Source: Octopus vulgaris
Taxonomy: Eukaryota
Reading direction: 5' to 3'
DNA: 64,000 nt
NCBI GenBank assembly: GCA_951406725.2
Contig: OX597817.1
Coordinates: 50,778,001-50,842,000, forward strand
Shown here: positions 28,439 through 42,958 of the stretch, in pieces
How positions within the stretch are numbered: the stretch's first letter is position 1
Layout of the letters: every line of letters begins with the position of its first letter
Notes under the pieces: model-generated
Databases searched by the model: none
Told to the model about the DNA's origin: nothing
The model's input: only the letters and a program-made list of their open reading frames with translations
Position numbers and translations under genes: made by a program

Positions 28439-30777
28439 TAAGTAGGTATGTAATGTAAGCATATGTGTACAAATATATATACATACTTACATATATATCT
28501 TGCTTAAATCTCATAAAACGAAACAAAAAAATGCGTCTACATTAATCATATATTACAAAAGAATTCGGTAAAGAAACAGCCTTGTCGGCAAACCACAAGA
28601 ATATAAATCCATGAACAATTACGAGTTACCAACCTAATTTATAATTTTTTTGTGAAATGTAACGCTACAATTTTCACGATTCTAAATGTCACACTGAACC
28701 GACATGAGTATATTTTATCATAAGTTCTTCAGGCATTTACAATGCCACACCATACAATAATTAATATCAATAAATAATTTGTGTATACCTTATAGATTTC
28801 CCCAGTGAAATAGATGATTAACTGTGGAAGAGAAATCTCATATCAGAAAACAAAGCTAATAGTAGTATAAAAGAAACACAGACACATCACAAAGAATATA
28901 ATCATGTCAGCATTTACGTCTAAACGTAATGGAAAGAAATACGAATTGGATGTCGAAGGAAGAACTCTTTTGGCCAAAACAGGATTCTTATGACGTGATA
29001 TTCTAATATGCAAATTATCTCTGTAAAAGCTGTATTAACAATAGATACTTCTTATTAAGAAATGGCTAATGCAAATGAAAACACCATTCCATATCCTGAA
29101 GATGTGGCTGAGAGAGAATGGAACGCTAGAGATGAAATTAGAAATATTATTATTCCAAACGAACGAAATACATTTTGATAGGTTGATTGGTATGAAACAT
29201 GATAAAAACGTTTACCTTGCAACACAGTCACGTTATATATATATATATATGTGGTGTGTGTGTAGTATATATATATATATATAATATATATATGTGTGTG
29301 TGTATGTAGGATATATGTAATATATATATGTGTGTGTGTGTATGTAATATATATATATATATAATATATATGTAATATATATATGTGTGTGTGTGTATGT
29401 AGTATATATATATATATATATATGTAATATATATAAGTGTGTGTGTGTGTATGTAGTATATATTTATAATATATATATGTAATATATGTGTGTGTGTAGT
29501 AGATATTTATAATATATATATGTAATATATATATATGTGTGTGTGTATGTAGTATATATAATATATATGTAATATATATATGTGTGTATGTATGTAGTAT
29601 ATATATATATATTATATATATATGTATATATATATATATATATAGGTGGGTGCAATTAGAGGTTATAAAAACCGTCTAAGAGATATCAATATCCAATAAA
29701 TTACCTTTAATGCGAAGTAAGCATATATAAAATTATTGATATTTTCGGTAATCAACTTGATCCATTTTATGCGACAGAATTGCTAAATTCATTTGGAATC
29801 GAAAGTATAAAATCCTGTCGACATGATGGAATGGAAAATCTTGGAAAAATGTCGACCTTACAAAAGTAGAAATAAAAGGTGTAAGCAATGCAGAGGAAAG
29901 ATATATATTTTAAAAAACCTGTATAACGACAACCTTCGTTTGAACATTAAGTTTGGGCATTGACTGAATGAAACGAATTCACATCCATCCGTTACGTTAT
30001 TGGTTAACTTCAACTTTAGAGAGAAAATCCTCTTAAATGCATAGATATATGTGGTCTCATCGCTTTAGGCTATCCATTGTTATCTTCATTGATGTGTTTC
30101 TTCTGCTCTCCTTCCTCTTTTTCTCATCCCTTTCGGTATTCTTTCTCCCAACACTCGCCTTTCTTTTCATGCATCTCTGTTGCATAACACTTCTGAATTC
30201 ATCCTACTTTACATTACTTCATCTTTGCTGTTTTCTTTCTACGCCCACTCCTACAGATTTCTCTGAAGCATATTTTTGTTCTTATCACACATACACACAC
30301 ACACATTCACACAGACACGTATACGCCTCTTTCCCAAACCATATTTATGTTCTATTCTCTTATTTACATTTAAACAGCATCAATATTATATTACATATTT
30401 GTTCATGCTCAATGTTTTAATACATGAACTGTCTTATACAAGATACAGTACATCAGCCACCAAGAATTAATTATCCATTTCTTCAAGTGAAGTTTGGTCC
30501 ATATTCCTGAAAGCACAAGTTTTGAAAAAAAATATTTTTGATATTTTTTTAAATTGTTCACTTTGAAGAAGATGGTGATAGGAGACCATAGTTTGCGAGT
30601 GTAATTGGAAGACCAGGGGTAGAAGGATATGCTTACTTATTTTACTTAACAAATATTATATTAGATATACCTGCAAACACATACTGTCATACTGACCTAC
30701 ACATATATATATAAGTGTATGTATATTAGCAGGTATGTGCAAAGACAGACAGACAGATATATAAATAGATAGATGGT

Positions 30778-30840
<63 letters not shown>

Positions 30841-31544
30841 TGTATAAAATCAATAAAAGTTCTATAGGTCAAGATGCATGTTTTGCCGTAAGATTTTAAA
30901 TAATCCTAATATTTCAAACAATATGACCTTATTCAAAGCGTGGAGGGGAAGGTATTATAAATATATATCATTCGTCACTGCTATATTTTCCGGAGATTGA
31001 CATTTCTACAGTTCGTTATTGATGGAAGTGATTCTAATTTTAGCATTTTTGTAGTATATTCATTTATGATTCAGTGGTGTAGACTTTGAGATTTTTATGA
31101 GATATTAATAATTTCTTAATCGGTTTAATGGTTATTACGCATTTGATTCGTCGACTATATTTCGCTCCATTTCCTCTGCATCTTTTATAGCTGTTGCGTC
31201 TAATGTATTTTGTGCGTTGTGATTTTCGTCTCACTTTATATGTTTGCACTGTTTGATGACTTTGTATAATAGTTTGTTAGAATAACCGATGTCTGTTAAT
31301 ATGTGTTTTCCTGGGTGGATTTCTTTATATCGGGCTTCGTTTGTGTTCGACTATCTACGTGTATATGGTAATCGAATGGGGATGAATACCTGTGGAATTA
31401 TATATCGAATAATTATCCACTAGCTCTAGTAAATGTATATATTTGTGTATTATCTCAAAATATGTCTTGTAATAGCCATCATTTAAGCAAGCACATATAT
31501 TAGGGGAAATAATATCTCTTACACACTCGCTGAGTTTGAAAACG

Positions 31545-31592
<48 letters not shown>

Positions 31593-31594
<2 letters not shown>

Positions 31595-31892
31595 AGGCGC
31601 AATGGCCTAGTGGTTAGGGTAGCGGACTCGTGGTCGTAGGATCACGGTTTCGATTCCCAGACCGGGCGTTGTGAGTGTTTATTGAGCGAAAACACCTAAA
31701 GCTCCACGAGGCTCCGGCAGGGGGTGGTGGCGATCCCTGCTGTACTCTTTCGCCACAACTGTCTCTCACTCTTTCTTCTGTTGGCCTGCTCAGTTAGCCA
31801 GCGGGGTGGCGTCACTTGAAGGCTAAAACAATGCGAAGTGCATTGTGACCAGCGATGTGTAACAACATCTGCTGGCCTGGTCGGTCACGGTG

Positions 31893-31893
<1 letters not shown>
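31593..31893 (+). mobile_element. SINE family C (tRNA-Arg-like head), tail type 1
   Basis: ggaggcgcaatggcctagtggttaggg..ggactcg..ggtttcgattccc; inserted in (TA)n. Confidence 0.85.
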
Positions 31894-31928
<35 letters not shown>

Positions 31929-32478
31929 ATATTACTAGGTTGGGAGATGATGTACAGGTATTATATATTAGAAGAAATGAGGAGTCTTCAAACTGAACTA
32001 AGTTTTTGCAAGAATTTTGACTCTTTTTATAGTTTTATTAAGTGTGTTGTGGTGGGGAGAGATATAAGATAGTACAAGAGGGTGATGAATGGGGAGAAAG
32101 TGAGCGAGAGCATGTGTGTGTATGTGTTTTTGTATCTGAATGTGGTGTTAAAGTAAAAGAAGGAAAGGGAGAGAAAGAAGAAAACATTTTTGTTGATCTC
32201 GAAAGCACAATTTTACGACTATGAATCCAGCACCCTAACCACTAAGCCACGCGTCTCCCCAATAATAATAATAATAATCATAGTAATAATAATAATAATA
32301 ATCCATTGTTGTATAAGTACAAAGCCTGAAATTTTGGAGGAGGGGACTAGTTTAGTAACATTTACCCCAGTGCCCTAATTGTACTCACTTTAACGGCTCT
32401 GAAGCGCTAACAGCAATATTACTAAGTAGTAGTAGTAGTAGTAGTGGTGGTAGCAGCAGTAGTAGTAGTAGTAGTAGT

Positions 32479-32510
<32 letters not shown>

Positions 32511-32580
32511 TAGCAGTAGTAGTAGTAGTAGTAGCAGCAGTAGTAGTAGCAGTAGTAGTTGCAACAGCAGTAGTAGGAGT

Positions 32581-32612
<32 letters not shown>

Positions 32613-33317
32613 TAGTAGAAATGACATTAACGACAACAGATAAAAAATATCCCGAGCACTATAAACATAAATATAATGATGCGGTTGATTAAGATGATGA
32701 ATAGGAAGGAGGGGGAGGACGAGGCGGAGGATGAAGAGCAGGAGGAGGAGGATGCTAACAAACGACAACGAGCATGAAATATATTGCAAAGCATGTGTAT
32801 TTCTTTATTCGTACGGCCTTTGATGAATCGTTTATAAACCTATTGGGAAACCCACCGTGACGCAGACATATAAAACACACACACACGCACACGATTACAA
32901 CGAAAACATATAACATACTAATGGTCTGTTGGGTGTTGTTCAAATGGTGAGTTTACTAACCTGTTTACTTTGGGTGGGGAGTGGGTTTGGCTGAATAAAG
33001 ATCAAACGGCTTTTCGTAATGGCGATACATTATTGTCAGTAGGATGAAATCGATAAAGTACTTAGCGTAAACTGCCATTTTGTTAGTTTATTTCTCAGAT
33101 ATTACATTTTTGGCGCTCATGATGTGTAATTTCATACGAGGACGTTTTGTAGTGTCTCTTTATTAGATTGAGTATATTTATTTGCAGCGCTCTGCCTTTT
33201 AATAAGAATCCCTGTTAATATATAAATATTGTAATAGCTGCTGTTTACTAATGACTGTATACATGTATATATGTGCAGGAATGTATGGACCTATGCATGT
33301 GTTAGTAATTAGATATA

Positions 33318-33363
<46 letters not shown>

Positions 33364-33482
33364 TATACATGCTTACACACACATACATAAACACATATAT
33401 ACGTAAATATATTTACGAAATATACATAAGTATGCATATCTATTTATCTATCTATCCATCCATCTATCTGTCTACCTATTTA

Positions 33483-33536
<54 letters not shown>

Positions 33537-34089
33537 CACACACATGCTTACACACATGCATGCATGCACCTATAATAAACATACGCATACACACACTCAC
33601 AGTTTTAAAATAACAAAGTACATTACAAGTAACCATTACCAAAACATTCTCTTTCGAAAACCCGAGAAATCAAATTCAACTCTAGATTTTTTTTCAACTA
33701 ACTCACACACATATATATATGTATATATAAAAGGTGTGAATTTTACATAAAATCAATATTCAATTTGTATACCTAAAAGGAGCGAAAGCGCTAAATAAAT
33801 ACGTTTTAACCAAATCCTCTCTTGTTTTCCTTCATATATAAAATCAGTATACCACTTCAAAGAATGCATACATACACAGCTTACTGCTGTTTCCGCTATA
33901 TGGTGCAACGTACTCATAGTTGAATGCTTGTGTATCTCCACAAGGCAGAAACGGCTGTAAGCTGATGAAGTACATAAAATAATGTCTGGCTCTATTGTGA
34001 CTTATATATTCTTATCACACTTTGTGCTCGATTAACGCTTTTCAGAAGGATAAGTATATCGAGCTCTAACACTATGTGCAAAGAAAACT

Positions 34090-35082
34090 AGAAGTCATCT
34101 GAATATTGGGAGAGGGATATCTCTATCATATTACACGCTGGGTATGAATATCCCGACCATCATTACTGCTGCTCAATATTCTCTGAACACGGTAAAGCTG
34201 GTTTCCCTATACTACATATGACGTCCCACGTATCATGAAAAACCAACGTCTACAAAACTGTGATGGTCTTAGGGTGTGACTCCAGGAAGGATCTCGTCAT
34301 GCCGCCCCAGAATTCTGAACAGAGCCTAAGGCTCAATTCAGAGAAACATTGTGAAGCTGATGGAGGCTGCGGTTCAAATACTGGATCGAGAATTTTGCTT
34401 CTGGAAGCCCATATGTGCGATAGTAAGAATAGGCTCCTTGCTATACCAATGGAAACAGTTAGAATTACGGAGATGTACTTGCATAGCAAGTGATTTGATC
34501 TGAGATCGTGTGCTGGAACGAAAAAAATTGCAGCGTGGAAGGTGTTTGTAAGCCATTTAAGAAACACACAAAAGCCGTTCGATTCACTTCAACATTTAAG
34601 TTTAATTTGTCAAAATATTTTCGTCGCTATAAGACCGCGACCTGTTCACTGACAAAAATCCGTGCTGCATTAGTTTTCGTGTAATTTCTACGAATTCACT
34701 GACAAAAATCCGTACTGAATTAGTTTTCGTGTAATTTCTACGAATTCACCAGCCCCAATTTCTATTCTCTTAATTTCCCCGATCGTAATCACATGGCTTA
34801 GTATGCGTAGAGGCGCGATTGGGGAAGACACCAACACAAAAACCAACCTACTTGGGAAGATCAATGAAGTATTCGAAATTTTTCCCAGGGATAGAGTGAG
34901 GATCGCATGCGCCATGTTCTAGTGTCACCTTGAGGCCGTGGTGAAAGGTGAGGGCGGTGACTTTGAATACACTGATATTCTACTTGATATTCTTTGAGAT
35001 TTTAATTTCTCTTATTTTGGATGGCATATTTTGCATTCTTTTCTTTTTATGCAAACTGTCGAATTTAGCCCGAACAATCTGT
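34090..35082 (+). mobile_element. Decayed Tc1/mariner (DD37D/maT-like) transposase relic interrupted by an HHR-bearing insertion
   Basis: Remnants VMVLGC..VMPPQ..LRLNS, YWIE..SGSPYV and TSPNF..FPDRN, INEVFEIFPRDRVRIACAMF*CHLEAVVKGEGGDFE. Insertion at about 34460-34670. Confidence 0.75.
34606..34656 (-). ncRNA. Minimal type-I hammerhead, G3-C8 core variant
   Basis: Reverse complement tttgtca GTGAACA g GTCGC ggtcttata GCGAC GAAA atat TT tgacaaa: 7-bp stem I, 5-bp stem II, palindromic AATATT stem III. Confidence 0.75.
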
Positions 35083-35261
35083 CTACACATACACACATGC
35101 ATGCATATATATACACACATATATATATAAATATATATGTATAAAATTTTTATTTTTAGGGTATATCGATTCCAGTGCCACAGAAATGAGACGTTCAAAT
35201 TAAAAATATTAAATTCAATTACTCTCAATAATTAATTCATGTATATATATATATGTATATA

Positions 35262-35304
<43 letters not shown>

Positions 35305-35340
35305 GTGTATATATATATGTATATATATATGTATATATGC

Positions 35341-35477
<137 letters not shown>

Positions 35478-35636
35478 TCGCCATACTAATATGGCATTCT
35501 TATAAAAATAGGAAAAAAGCTGTCCGCTTATTAGCTCCATGAGGCCATCGCCTTAAGTTAGCTATTTGATACACAAACTGTATCCATATAACCTTCGAAC
35601 AAGGGAGGTCAGTCGCTCCACACTACTTGACCGGCA

Positions 35637-35678
35637 GCTACAGACGCGTTTCGGGGTATTGCCCCTTTTCAATGCAGC
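35637..35678 (-). ncRNA. Minimal type-I hammerhead, U3-A8 core variant (copy 1)
   Basis: Reverse complement gctgca TTGAAAA GGGG caata CCCC GAAA cgcg TC tgtagc: 6-bp stem I, 4-bp stem II, palindromic ACGCGT stem III, GUC cleavage triplet. Confidence 0.8.
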
Positions 35679-36006
35679 GTAGCCAGCCAGTAGGTGTCGA
35701 TTCCGACAATCTCTGTTCGATGGTTTTATTTACCTAGTTTCGGTGGAATACATCCACTTGTTTTCAATAATAGAAATATTAAAATATTAAAATAACTAAG
35801 TCTCTCTAAAAGAGAACAGCGGCAGCGTTCCCGGAAAATAATAGTTATCGCCATACTAATATGGCATTCTTATAAAAATAAGAAAAAAGCTGTCCGCTTA
35901 TTAGCTCCATGAGGCCATCGCCTTGAGTTAGCTATTTGATACACAAACTGTATCCATATAACCTTCGAACAAGGGAGGTCAGTCGCTCCACACTACTTGA
36001 CCGGCA

Positions 36007-36048
36007 GCTACAGACGCGTTTCGGGGTATTGCCCCTTTTCAATGCAGC
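36007..36048 (-). ncRNA. Minimal type-I hammerhead, U3-A8 core variant (copy 2)
   Basis: Identical to 35637-35678. A third copy near 36369-36408 has a stem III substitution and is cut by the inversion. Confidence 0.8.
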
Positions 36049-36451
36049 GTAGCCAGCCAGTAGGTGTCGCTTCCGACAATCTCTGTTCGATGGTTTTATT
36101 TACCTAGTTTCGGTGGAATACATCCACTTGTTTTCAATAATAGAAATATTAAAATAACTAAGTCTCTCTAAAAGAGAACAGCGGCAGCGTTCCCGGAAAA
36201 TAATAGTTATCGCCATACTAATATGGCATTCTTATAAAAATAAGAAAAAAGCTGTCCGCTTATTAGCTCCATGAGGCCATCGCCTTAAGTTAGCTATTTG
36301 ATACACAAACTGTATCCATATAACCTTCGAACAAGGGAGGTCAGTCGCTCCACACTACTTGACCGGCAGCTACAGACGCATTTCGGGGTATTGCCCCTTT
36401 TCAATGCCGCTGTTCTCTTTTAGAGAGACTTAGTTATTTTAATATTTCTAT

Positions 36452-36485
<34 letters not shown>

Positions 36486-36496
36486 CGTTTAAATAT

Positions 36497-38170
36497 TTGT
36501 TGTGCAAGATACCCCTATACCCATGGGTATCCCTATACCCATCGATTGACGTAGATTTTGCAGTGGAGAAGTGCGTGGAGATGATCAACGAGAGCCAGGT
36601 GGAGTTCTGTAATGTCGACACAGAAGAACTGGGCCTCCTACTTAGACTGACATATAATAGTGAATACTTAGATAAACATAATCTTAGTAGTTTCTGCCCC
36701 AGTAGATGTTTAAGAGGTAGACCGCCTACAATTACTTCTATGGCTAGGAAGACACATATAGAAAGATGGCGCGGATGGACCAGAGCCATACGGAGCCCCG
36801 CAAATGTCCATCAGGTAAAGAAAATGATCGCACATGCACTAGGAGCTAGTATAAGAGTTACCCTAAAAGGCCACACATTTAAATTTAATAATAAAATATA
36901 TGCCCAGGACGAGGGGGCAGCCATCGGTGTTAGTATCGCTGGTGATGTGGCCAACCTCTTCATGGTATGGTGGGACAGAAGGCTTAAAGAAAGCCTACTG
37001 CAGAAATCCATACTCGTAAACATGTACTCTCGCTATGTTGATGATATCAATATAGTAGTAAAGGCACCCCCACAAGAGAGTACGGTTGATATAGTAATAG
37101 AAACTAATACTATGGAGAGCATCCAGCAAATAGCTAACTCCATCCACCAGAGTATTAAGGTCACAATAGACTACCCCACTAAACACCCCAACCATAGACT
37201 ACCAGTACTAGACACTGAACTCTGGCTAGAAATTGTGAAAAATAAAACCCAAATCCTTCATTCATACTATGCAAAACCTATGGCCTCAAAATACCTGATC
37301 CACCGGAACTCAGCCATTGCGGGCAATGCCAAATTCAATATTTTGATGGCAGACCTCGTCAGAATAATGAGAAATGTGTCACGCATGTGCGAGCCTACAG
37401 AATTAAAGAGACACATACAGTATTTCATTCACCGCATGCAGTTCTCAGGTTACAGCCATAAAGAAAGGATCAGAGTATACAAAGGAGCCATGAAGAAATT
37501 TGATAATATATTATGTAATGATAGGAATGGGATTTGCCCACTCTATAGGAACAAGTCATGGAACACTATAGAAAGGACAAAAAAGAAAATAAGGAAGGCC
37601 AACTCTTGGTATGATAGCCATAAATACCAGAGTGTCATGTTCGTTGACACCACCCCTGGAGGTGAACTAGCGTACCGCTTTAGAAGGACCCTAGATAAAC
37701 TTAAACTAAGAATTAAGGTTGTTGAAAAGCCAGGCAACCCTATCAGATCTATAATTGGTAGAACCTATCCTTTTAGTAGAACTCTCTGTACGGATAACTA
37801 TTGCACTGTATGTAGATTTAGCCCACAAACGAACTGTAAAGCCAGAAATGTGGTCTATAGTATAAGATGTATAGAGGGACGATGCAGTAACAAGACAGTA
37901 ACATACGTAGGGGAAACTGCAAGAAGCATTGGTGAGCGGGTGAATGAACTTTGGAGACAACTCAAGGAAGGTAAAAGCTCATCGATTCTGTACCAACACG
38001 CCGAACAAGAACACGGGGGATCAATCAATAACATAGAGATTAAGATATTGTCCACACATAGAACAGATGCAACAATTAGACAAATTACAGAAGCTACACA
38101 TATAATAGAAAATAAACCTAGCCTGAATAGAAAACTAGAATGGAGCAATAGCGCACACCACAACATATGA
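36497..38170 (+). CDS. Penelope-like element polyprotein (RT + GIY-YIG endonuclease), 5'-truncated within RT motif A
   Basis: 557-aa open frame. RT motifs: SLYPSI (motif A remnant), Q.EGAAIG (motif B), YSRYVDDI (catalytic YxDD), LPVLD (motif E), YYAKPMAS thumb. Cys-rich linker [10 protein letters not shown], then GIY-YIG signature [21 protein letters not shown] and a C-terminal EA.HI....PSLN. True homology starts at about 36527; the TTG start is not credible. Confidence 0.93.
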   Translation: MLCKIPLYPWVSLYPSIDVDFAVEKCVEMINESQVEFCNVDTEELGLLLRLTYNSEYLDKHNLSSFCPSRCLRGRPPTITSMARKTHIERWRGWTRAIRSPANVHQVKKMIAHALGASIRVTLKGHTFKFNNKIYAQDEGAAIGVSIAGDVANLFMVWWDRRLKESLLQKSILVNMYSRYVDDINIVVKAPPQESTVDIVIETNTMESIQQIANSIHQSIKVTIDYPTKHPNHRLPVLDTELWLEIVKNKTQILHSYYAKPMASKYLIHRNSAIAGNAKFNILMADLVRIMRNVSRMCEPTELKRHIQYFIHRMQFSGYSHKERIRVYKGAMKKFDNILCNDRNGICPLYRNKSWNTIERTKKKIRKANSWYDSHKYQSVMFVDTTPGGELAYRFRRTLDKLKLRIKVVEKPGNPIRSIIGRTYPFSRTLCTDNYCTVCRFSPQTNCKARNVVYSIRCIEGRCSNKTVTYVGETARSIGERVNELWRQLKEGKSSSILYQHAEQEHGGSINNIEIKILSTHRTDATIRQITEATHIIENKPSLNRKLEWSNSAHHNI

Positions 38171-38846
38171 CAATAGTGGATCCTGCAAACATAGTAAATA
38201 CACAGGTAATTAAAGAAATAGAAATGAATATCTATGTGTATGTATATGTGTATATATATGTATATGTATATGTGTATATATGTGTGTATATATGTATATA
38301 TATATATGTATATGTATGTGTATGTATATATATATATATATATGTATATGTATATTCTTTTTTTTTTTTTTTTTTTTATCGATTATATTTATTATTATTA
38401 TTACTAATATTGTTGTTATACATACATACAAGCATATGTAATGATAATAATGGGTGGATGTAAACACATGAACAAAATTAGAACAAAAGCAACAACAACA
38501 AAAACAAAATACAAATTACAAGAATGTATATAACCAGAAGATACAAATATTACAGACATCCCCCCCCACACACTAAATAAACATAGACGCACATAGAGAT
38601 ATAAGCATGCGCAAATGAAGACATACAATAGAAATACAAAATGGCTGACGGTTAGTAAGGAGAGACACAAGTAAGTGAGAAGAAAACAAAGGACCACTGA
38701 TGCGGTCACAGGAGTGTGACGAAAGAACTTTGGCCGAAATAAGATTAAGATTAATGTAAAAAATAAATATCACTGAAGCAAAATAACACCAAATATATAG
38801 TGCGTGTGTTTTTATTGGCTAAACTGGCAATATGACCATTCCGAAA
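36527..38846 (+). mobile_element. Penelope-like retroelement body with 3' UTR/pseudo-LTR carrying a hammerhead
   Basis: PLE ORF followed by a unique 3' region with a sense-strand HHR at 38691-38735. Ends abruptly against a 1.1-kb (TA)n array. Confidence 0.8.
38691..38735 (+). ncRNA. Minimal type-I hammerhead ribozyme (PLE pseudo-LTR), A9C core variant
   Basis: ggacca CTGATGC g GTCACA ggag TGTGAC GAAA gaactt tggcc: stem I cca/tgg, 6-bp stem II, very short stem III. Confidence 0.7.
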
Positions 38847-39496
38847 TATATATATATATATGTATATATATATATGTATACATATATGTATATATATATG
38901 TATATATATATATATGTATATATATATATGTATATATATATATGTATATATATATATGTATATATATATATATGTATATATATATATGTATATATATATA
39001 TGTATATATATATATGTATATATATGTATATATATATATATGTATATATATATATGTATATATATATGTATATATATATGTATATATATATATGTATATA
39101 TATATGTACATATGTGTATATGTATATATGTGTATATGTGTATATGTATATATGTATATATATATGTGTATATATGTATATGTATGTATATATATATATA
39201 TGTATATGTATGTATATATATATATGTATATGTATGTATATATATATATATACATATTTGTATATATATGTATATATGTATATATATATATATACATATT
39301 TGTATATATATGTATATATGTATATATATATATACATATTTGTATATATATGTATATATGTATATATATATATACATATGTATATATGTATATATATATA
39401 TACATATTTGTATATATATGTATATATGTATATATATATATATACATATTTGTATATATATGTATATATATGTATATATATGTATATACGTATATG

Positions 39497-39561
<65 letters not shown>

Positions 39562-39762
39562 GTATATATGTATATGTATATATATATGTATATGTATATG
39601 TATATATGTATATGTATATATGTATATGTATATATATATGTATATGTATATATATATATGTATATGTATATGTATATATATATATGTATATATATATGTA
39701 TATATATGTATATATATATGTATATGTATATATATATATGTATATGTATATGTATATGTATA

Positions 39763-39797
<35 letters not shown>

Positions 39798-39966
39798 ATA
39801 TGTATATATATATATGTATATGTATATATATGTATATGTATATATATGTATATATATATATGTGTGTATGTATATGTATATATATATACATATGTATGTT
39901 TATATATGTATATATATGTATATATATATATGTATATATATGTATATATATGTATATATATATATT
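38846..39966. repeat. 1.1-kb (TA)n/(TATG)n compound microsatellite
   Basis: Directly visible; comparable arrays at 7989-8170, 14055-14740, 23045-23510, 35240-35472, 55850-56722 and 58608-59722. Confidence 0.95.
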
Positions 39967-40579
39967 ATAATTGTTATTATTATTATTATAATTAGGGAAT
40001 ATCAATTCCAGTGCCACAGGAATGGGACATTCAAATTAAAAATATTAAATTGGATTACTCTCAATAATTAATTCATATATATCCAAATAGTGTTAGAGAT
40101 AGAAACACCCACAACTTCAACTCCAAACTCATAAGTATACATGCACGCGCGCACATACGCACGCACACACGCACTGATATTTTATATACATGCATGCATA
40201 AGTACGTACACATGTACACACACACCTGCCTATACACACACACACACGCAAAACTCTTAACATGCGTATTCGCATACACACAGTTATCCATCCCTTTGCC
40301 ACATTGTTACACACGTACACATACCACAATATTACCCTGATACATACACAATCACACATATACACATCCATAGAAACACAAACATGCACACACTCACGCT
40401 CAAACACACACACACACGCGCACACACACACACACGAATTTGAAAGGGAGAATTCCTCGAGAGTTTTACAAATTTTCTCTACCCCACTAAACAATATATT
40501 TGAAGGATATGGAATTAATAAATTTTTATTTTTCTTGGAAAACTTAAGCGTACTATGGCTCTTATGAAATAACGTGCTA

Positions 40580-40936
40580 TGTTGGCACCCCGTCGGTTAC
40601 AACGGCGAGGGTTCCAGTTGATCCGATCAACAGAACAGCCTCCTCGTGAAATTAACGTGCAAGTGGCTGAGCACTCCACTCGGGGAGATTCAGCGTGACA
40701 CAGAGTGTGACAAGGCTGGCCCCTTTGAAATAGAGGTACAACAGAAAGAGGAAGAAAGAGTGTGAGAAAGTTGTGGTGAAAGAGTACAGCAGGGTTCGCC
40801 ACCATTCCCTGCTGGTGCCTTGTGGAACTTTAGGTGTTTTCGCTCAATAAACACTCACAACGCTCGGTCTAGGAATCGACACCGCGATCCTACGAACGCG
40901 AGTCCGCTGCCCTAACCACTGGCCCATTGCGCCTCC
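40580..40936 (-). mobile_element. SINE family C, tail type 2
   Basis: Same 5' 180 bp as 31593 but an unrelated 3' half; a tail fragment also occurs at 44855-44960. Confidence 0.85.
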
Positions 40937-41386
40937 ACAATGACGTGTTATATTGTTCAGTTTAATTACTCCAAGAGATGCAAATGAGAATCATTAATCT
41001 GGATATTAGTGATGGAAGCTTCTCATTACTTCACAATACCTTATGCTTTCCCCTTATTTTATACAAGACACTCCTATCTGCCACACAGCTGGTGTCTACG
41101 AGGAATAAAAAGTTATGCCCAGCTAAACATGATACATATTTTACTTCCCGACTCATTGAAAAATAACAGACCTTATTGCTTTTGGTGTCTTTATTTAAAT
41201 ATCTATCAATATTCCTCATTGTTTAAGGAAGTGAGCTAGCAGAATTGTTAACGCCGGACAAAAATCTTAGTAGTATTTCGTCCGTATTTAAGTTCTCAGT
41301 TCAAATACCGCTGAGGTCGACATTGACTTCAATCCTTTCGGGGTCGATAAAATAAGTACCAGTTGAGAAATTGAGGGCTTGGTACT

Positions 41387-41667
41387 AAATTGTGGGCCTT
41401 GTGCCAAGATTCCAAACCAATATTCCTCATTGCCAAAGGCTTAGATACACTCCAGTTCTCGTGTTCTTTTGCTTTTACCAAAAAACAAAATTTCCCGCTG
41501 ACAGCATTGTAAATAGTTTTAAGAAACATGAGCTCATTCTTGAGTCTTGTGTTAAATTGTGGGCCTTGTGCCAAAATTCGAAACCAATATTTCTCAATGC
41601 TAAAGGCTTAGATACACTTTGGTTCTCGTGTTCTTTTGCTGTTACCAAAAGACAACCTTTCCCGCTC
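41387..41667. repeat. Diverged direct duplication, period about 166 bp
   Basis: taaattgtgggccttgtgccaa...aaaggcttagatacact...tttcccgct occurs twice. Confidence 0.85.
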
Positions 41668-41674
41668 AAAGCAT

Positions 41675-42072
41675 TCTTTTACTCTTTTACTTTTTTCAGT
41701 CGTTTTGACTGCGGCTATGCTGGAGCACCGCCTTTAGTCGAGCAAATCGACCTCAGGACTTATTCTTTGTAAGCCTAGTACATATTCTATCGTTGTCTTT
41801 GGCCAAACTGCTAGGTTACGGGGACGTAAACACACCACCGTCGGTTTCAAGCGATGTTGGAGGGGACAAACACAGACACACAAACATACATATATATGTG
41901 TATATATACATATATATACCATGGACTTCTTTCAGTTTCCGTCTACCAAATCCACTCACAAGGCTTTGTTCGGCCCGAGGCTATAGTAGAAGACACTTGC
42001 CCAAGGTGCCACGCAGTGGGAATGAACTCGGTACCATGTGGTTGGTAAGCAAGCTACTTACCACGCAGCCAC
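41675..42072 (-). mobile_element. SINE family A
   Basis: Family A consensus match. Confidence 0.88.
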
Positions 42073-42525
42073 ACTTAGCAAACATGATCTCTTTCTTGAG
42101 AAGTTGCTGGTGATACAGGCGTCTACCACAGTGGTGTAACACAATCAATTTTCTTATATCGCAGCATCAAGTGTATCTATAACTTGTTTCTGGATAACAG
42201 GGCGTAGTTTACAAAGCATCTCGTATGTAATGCATCTGTCAGACGTCCGGGAGTGGTTGCCTTTCTTCTCAAAACTATTGTTACTTTTTACGAACTCATC
42301 TATGAAGCTTTGCTGATTACATGAGTGACTCTTTCATCGTGTCTGTTTAAGTAATTTACTCCAGCTGCTCTTGTTATACATGTAACAGCTGCACACGAAG
42401 ATTACCTTAACCCAAATTCATGATAATGTTGCTTTTGCTGGTCACTATAATGCTTGCTGTACAGATGTAGGTAACGTACAGCTTGTATGCAAATGAACAC
42501 ATACGCGTCCGCGCGCACACATATA

Positions 42526-42748
42526 TTCTTTTATTCTTTTACTTGTTTCAGTCATTTGACAGCGCCCATGCTGGAGCATCACCTTTAGTCGAACACAATC
42601 GATCTCAGAACTTGTTCTTTGTGAGCGTAGTACTTATTCTATCGATCTCTTTCGCCAAAGCGTTAAGTTACGGGGACGTAAACACACCAGCATCGATTGT
42701 CAAGAGATTTTGGGGGAAACAAACACAGGCACACAAACACACACATAT

Positions 42749-42807
<59 letters not shown>

Positions 42808-42813
42808 TATATG

Positions 42814-42907
<94 letters not shown>

Positions 42908-42913
42908 CATATA

Positions 42914-42958
<45 letters not shown>

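Noticed and set aside
28520-31540. A-rich and T-rich stretches (28520-29230, 30860-31540) resembling decayed retroelement coding sequence
   Set aside because: No intact diagnostic motif recognised; a tBLASTx/HMM search is needed.
33877-33964. 17-bp inverted repeat with partial hammerhead (ttgtg..cacaa ggca GAAA cggctg TA agct)
   Set aside because: The 5' core is incomplete (tgaa only); possibly a decayed member but not supportable.
38751-40071. Long ORFs of 200-400 aa (also at 13940-15218, 22898-23727 and 55700-59764)
   Set aside because: They translate (TA)n/(TG)n/(TACA)n microsatellites into Y/I/C/V/H/T runs that are open in several frames; not genes.
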